28,058 nt of DNA, taken from assembly GCA_037137395.1 (NCBI GenBank), contig JBAXKK010000027.1, forward strand, positions 1-28,058. The letters run 5' to 3'. Numbering within the stretch: position 1 is the first letter of the stretch; the number at the start of each line of letters is the position of its first letter. Below the pieces are notes generated by a model that made no database searches, was not told the DNA's origin, and worked only from the letters and a program-made list of their open reading frames with translations. This DNA comes from Elusimicrobiota bacterium. GTDB taxonomy: Bacteria; Elusimicrobiota; Elusimicrobia; Elusimicrobiales; UBA9959. Of the stretch, positions 25,497-28,058 are shown in pieces. The position numbers were made by a program, and so were the translations under genes.

Positions 25497-26438
25497 TTAG
25501 TTAACAACAACGCTGGGAGTGTGACCTTTATTGATAAAATCATCCTTTGAAATTGCGCCCAGGCGCCTAAAGCCCCATTTCAGGTAGAACTTCAGTGAAG
25601 TCCCTTCGTCCGTGATAACCTCATATCCTTTGTCAGGATCGTTCAGGTTTTTATTATCCGCTGCGGGTGACCTGCCCAGGTCGCTCTCGGCGAAAGACAT
25701 TTCATATCCCGGAGCGGCGGAGAACATGAATTCCTTCCCGCCTCTGAAGCCGTCAAACCAGCCGGGGACTGCCCTGAACAAATCAACCTTAATGGCAACC
25801 TTTTCTCCAGCATACTCTTTAGCCCATGCGTCGTTCACTTTGAATGAGTATTTCCCACCGGCGTACGAAAACTCACCGATGCTTAACCCGTTCTCATCCG
25901 GTCGTGTGGCAATTTTATACTGAGGGGTCAGCTCAAAAAGTGTGTCATAACCACCGAGCCTTCTCTCATTATATTTATACCCGGCCTCTCTCACATAAAG
26001 GCTGCTCCAGGGGCCCTCAAGACAGATATCAAAAGTCTCTCTTTCCCAGGGTAAAAGTTTGCGCTGCTTAATATTAAGCCGAACCGTTTCCCGCCAGGTC
26101 TGGCCGGGGCGTTCGTAGCAGTGCTGCACGGGGACCTGAGTGTTATTGGGCCCCGGCTGCATGGTGGTATGACACTCCTGCACATATTCAGTGCTCTGCA
26201 GCCGCACCCTTTCGCTCATTATCTCAATATCGCTGGGCCCGTACGAAAAACTGGCGCAGTCGCGGGTGTACCGGGTGTAGCCCGGATACCTATCAGCGGC
26301 GGGCAGGACGACATCCGCGCTGACGGCCTCGGTTATTGCGGCCTTAACATCCACACCTTGGTCGAAGTTCACTTCGGCGCCGGCATAAGGTGCTAAAAAC
26401 CCTATGGAAATAATTGCGGAAATAATGCTTTTTTTCAT
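25497..26438 (-). CDS. Secreted hypothetical protein
   Basis: Signal peptide MKKSIISAIISIGFLAPYAGA then EVNFD; four Cys; AAGGGGG RBS. Confidence 0.8.
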   Translation of the reverse strand: MKKSIISAIISIGFLAPYAGAEVNFDQGVDVKAAITEAVSADVVLPAADRYPGYTRYTRDCASFSYGPSDIEIMSERVRLQSTEYVQECHTTMQPGPNNTQVPVQHCYERPGQTWRETVRLNIKQRKLLPWERETFDICLEGPWSSLYVREAGYKYNERRLGGYDTLFELTPQYKIATRPDENGLSIGEFSYAGGKYSFKVNDAWAKEYAGEKVAIKVDLFRAVPGWFDGFRGGKEFMFSAAPGYEMSFAESDLGRSPAADNKNLNDPDKGYEVITDEGTSLKFYLKWGFRRLGAISKDDFINKGHTPSVVVN

Positions 26439-26561
26439 GTTAATTTGTCCCCCTTATTATTCAACCAGCTCATTTTAAGCCCGGGATTTACATAGGCATA
26501 TTGTAGCAAATAGATTCACGCGTAAAAACACCCCCGAACATGCAAAACCGCGGAGCCACGG

Positions 26562-26834
26562 TCAGGCGATCTTCACGCCTTTCCCCACCCAGATAAAAGC
26601 GGCGGGGAGGATCAGGCACTGACAATGATCGCTAAGGATGGAGCGTTCCTCCGGCAGGATAGAAACTATGCCGTTGGTCCAGCTCACATAGCGTATGTGC
26701 TCCGCGTCAAGCCATTCATATACCCTTGGCCCGACTCGTGGCATTATTGTCCACACCACAGCCTTATCCCAGGGAATCTCCCCGGCGTCGGATGAAAATT
26801 TTATCTCAGGTATCTTTTTAGCTAACGAATCCAT
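26562..26834 (-). CDS. Hypothetical protein, 90 aa
   Basis: GGAGG RBS; Trp-rich globular-looking sequence; co-oriented with neighbours. Confidence 0.7.
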   Translation of the reverse strand: MDSLAKKIPEIKFSSDAGEIPWDKAVVWTIMPRVGPRVYEWLDAEHIRYVSWTNGIVSILPEERSILSDHCQCLILPAAFIWVGKGVKIA

Positions 26835-26852
26835 GGAGCCTCCATTAACAAA

Positions 26853-26903
26853 CTATTGCCATAAGGGCGCGGCGCCCGCCATAAGCCGTAAGCTATAGGC
26901 AGA
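26853..26903. repeat. gccataa heptamer array with gggcgc hairpin (copy of the 23748 element)
   Basis: ataagggcgcSgcgcccgccataagcc is shared with 23763-23789. Confidence 0.75.
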
Positions 26904-26936
26904 AAAACCCCTCAGGCTGATCGATGCACCCAAATC

Positions 26937-27327
26937 TTTGATCGCGGACTGTACCCCGAATTCTGTCCAGCGTCTTACGACGCCTGGAGGATCATTTATC
27001 TTTTGCGGCCCACTCTGCGCTTCCACCCTTTCGGGCGAAGGACGGGCAGTCCGTAACGCATGTTTGGCCTTGCTCCGGGCGGGGTTTGCAATGCTTTGCC
27101 GGTCGCCCGACAAACGGTGCGCTCTTACCGCACCTTTTCACCCTTACCTGAGGCCTTACGGCCCCCGGCGGTATACTTTCTGTTGCACTTTCCGTGGCTC
27201 AGGGATATGGCCCTGAACCCCCGGCCTATAGCCGCTTAACGGCCTTGGACCGGCGCCTTGCCGTATGGAGTTCGGAAGTTCCTCCCCTCCCGCAAGCAGG
27301 AAAGGCGACCCTCCGTCCGCGATCAAA
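26937..27327 (-). ncRNA. rnpB: RNase P RNA, bacterial type A-like
   Basis: P1 tttgatcgcggac pairs at both ends; GAGGAACTTCCGAACTCC, GGAAAGTGCAACAGAAA, GGTAAGGGTGAAAAGGTGCGGTAAGAGCGCACC, AAACCCC...GGAGCAAGGCCAA, ACAGAATTCGGGGTAC. Confidence 0.96.
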
Positions 27328-27346
27328 AAATTTACGCTCCAGTCTC

Positions 27347-27389
27347 TCTGCCTATGGCTTATGGCCTAAAGCTTATGGCAGCATAAAGC
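27347..27389. repeat. ttatggc heptamer array, inverted relative to 26853-26903
   Basis: ctatggc ttatggc ctaaagc ttatggc. Confidence 0.7.
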
Positions 27390-27400
27390 TCCGCTTTATG

Positions 27401-27886
27401 CTAAAACAACTTCGGCTGATGAAGCTTCCGCTCGCACTCTTTAGTTATAATCTCTGCCAAGCCGGGGTTTTTCATAGCCCGCGCGTTGTCAAGTATGATG
27501 TTCACCAGTTTATCGGCGTGAGTGTTACGCCCCCTGGGCACATGCGCTACGGTCACGCGCTTAAAAGCGGACGCTCCCTTTTTTATTTCTCCCATGAGAA
27601 CCTGAAGCGTGGAATCTTTTATCCTGTATTCCCCGTTGAACTGCCTGACCAGCAATTCGGAATCGGAAAAAATTACCAGTTCCGAGGCCCCCAAGCGGAG
27701 AGCGGTGGAAAGCGCCAGGATAAAGCCGGTATATTCCGCGAAATTATTGGTGCAGTGCCCCAGATACTTCCCTTCTTCCCCGATTATCACATCTTTTTCG
27801 TCGAAGATGACCGCCGCGCAGGCTCCGTGGCCCGGATTGCCGCGCGACCCGCCGTCTATGAATATTTTAAGCTTCTTATTCTTCAT
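27401..27886 (-). CDS. rnhA: Ribonuclease HI family protein
   Basis: IFIDGGSRGNPG, TNNFAEY, SDSELLVRQFNGEYRIK, HVPRGRNTHADKL. Confidence 0.9.
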   Translation of the reverse strand: MKNKKLKIFIDGGSRGNPGHGACAAVIFDEKDVIIGEEGKYLGHCTNNFAEYTGFILALSTALRLGASELVIFSDSELLVRQFNGEYRIKDSTLQVLMGEIKKGASAFKRVTVAHVPRGRNTHADKLVNIILDNARAMKNPGLAEIITKECERKLHQPKLF

Positions 27887-28058
27887 ACATCACCAGACAA
27901 ACAGGGTGAAGGAAGACTGCGTTATGCCTATAATAGCCTTCAGCCTAAACAACCGCCTCATTAACCTGAAAGTTGCAGTTGCAACTTTCCGCCCGCACTG
28001 CGGGGGCGCCCATTCGGGAGGCATAGTCACGCATAAACCGCATAGCGGTTTTGCGCGA

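Noticed and set aside
26853..27964. ORFs 26853-27113, 26938-27216 and 27194-27964
   Set aside because: They overlap rnpB or are antisense to RNase HI.

Overview
Bacterial chromosomal window of moderate to high GC; gene style suggests Elusimicrobiota (inference only). Left to right: the 5' part of a class III ribonucleotide reductase (nrdD, two ATP cones) behind nrdR, with tandem NrdR boxes at a clear sigma70 promoter; a ~370-bp structured non-coding element bounded by 14-bp inverted repeats; a secreted RlpA/DPBB-like protein; a minus-strand accessory cluster (DUF4384 lipoprotein, LPP20-like lipoprotein, AT-rich small ORF and MBL hydrolase, 1170-aa propeller/repeat surface protein with a FlgD-Ig tail, ORF6N protein, PorV-like barrel-caspase fusion, TPR protein) with a divergent XRE regulator; AAA-14/DUF4143 ATPase; recG; a putative response-regulator-controlled sRNA locus before an OmpR-family regulator and a GAF-PAS sensor lacking its ATPase domain; tRNA nucleotidyltransferase, CpXC protein, PLP enzyme, two hypotheticals, an atypical RNase P RNA and RNase HI. 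Best candidates for an undescribed system: (1) the PorV-caspase fusion cluster, a possible T9SS-like cargo-processing or envelope protease module; (2) the 11-bp-phased repeat array followed by tandem structured RNAs next to the two-component genes. All domain calls come from motif recognition by eye, not database searches.
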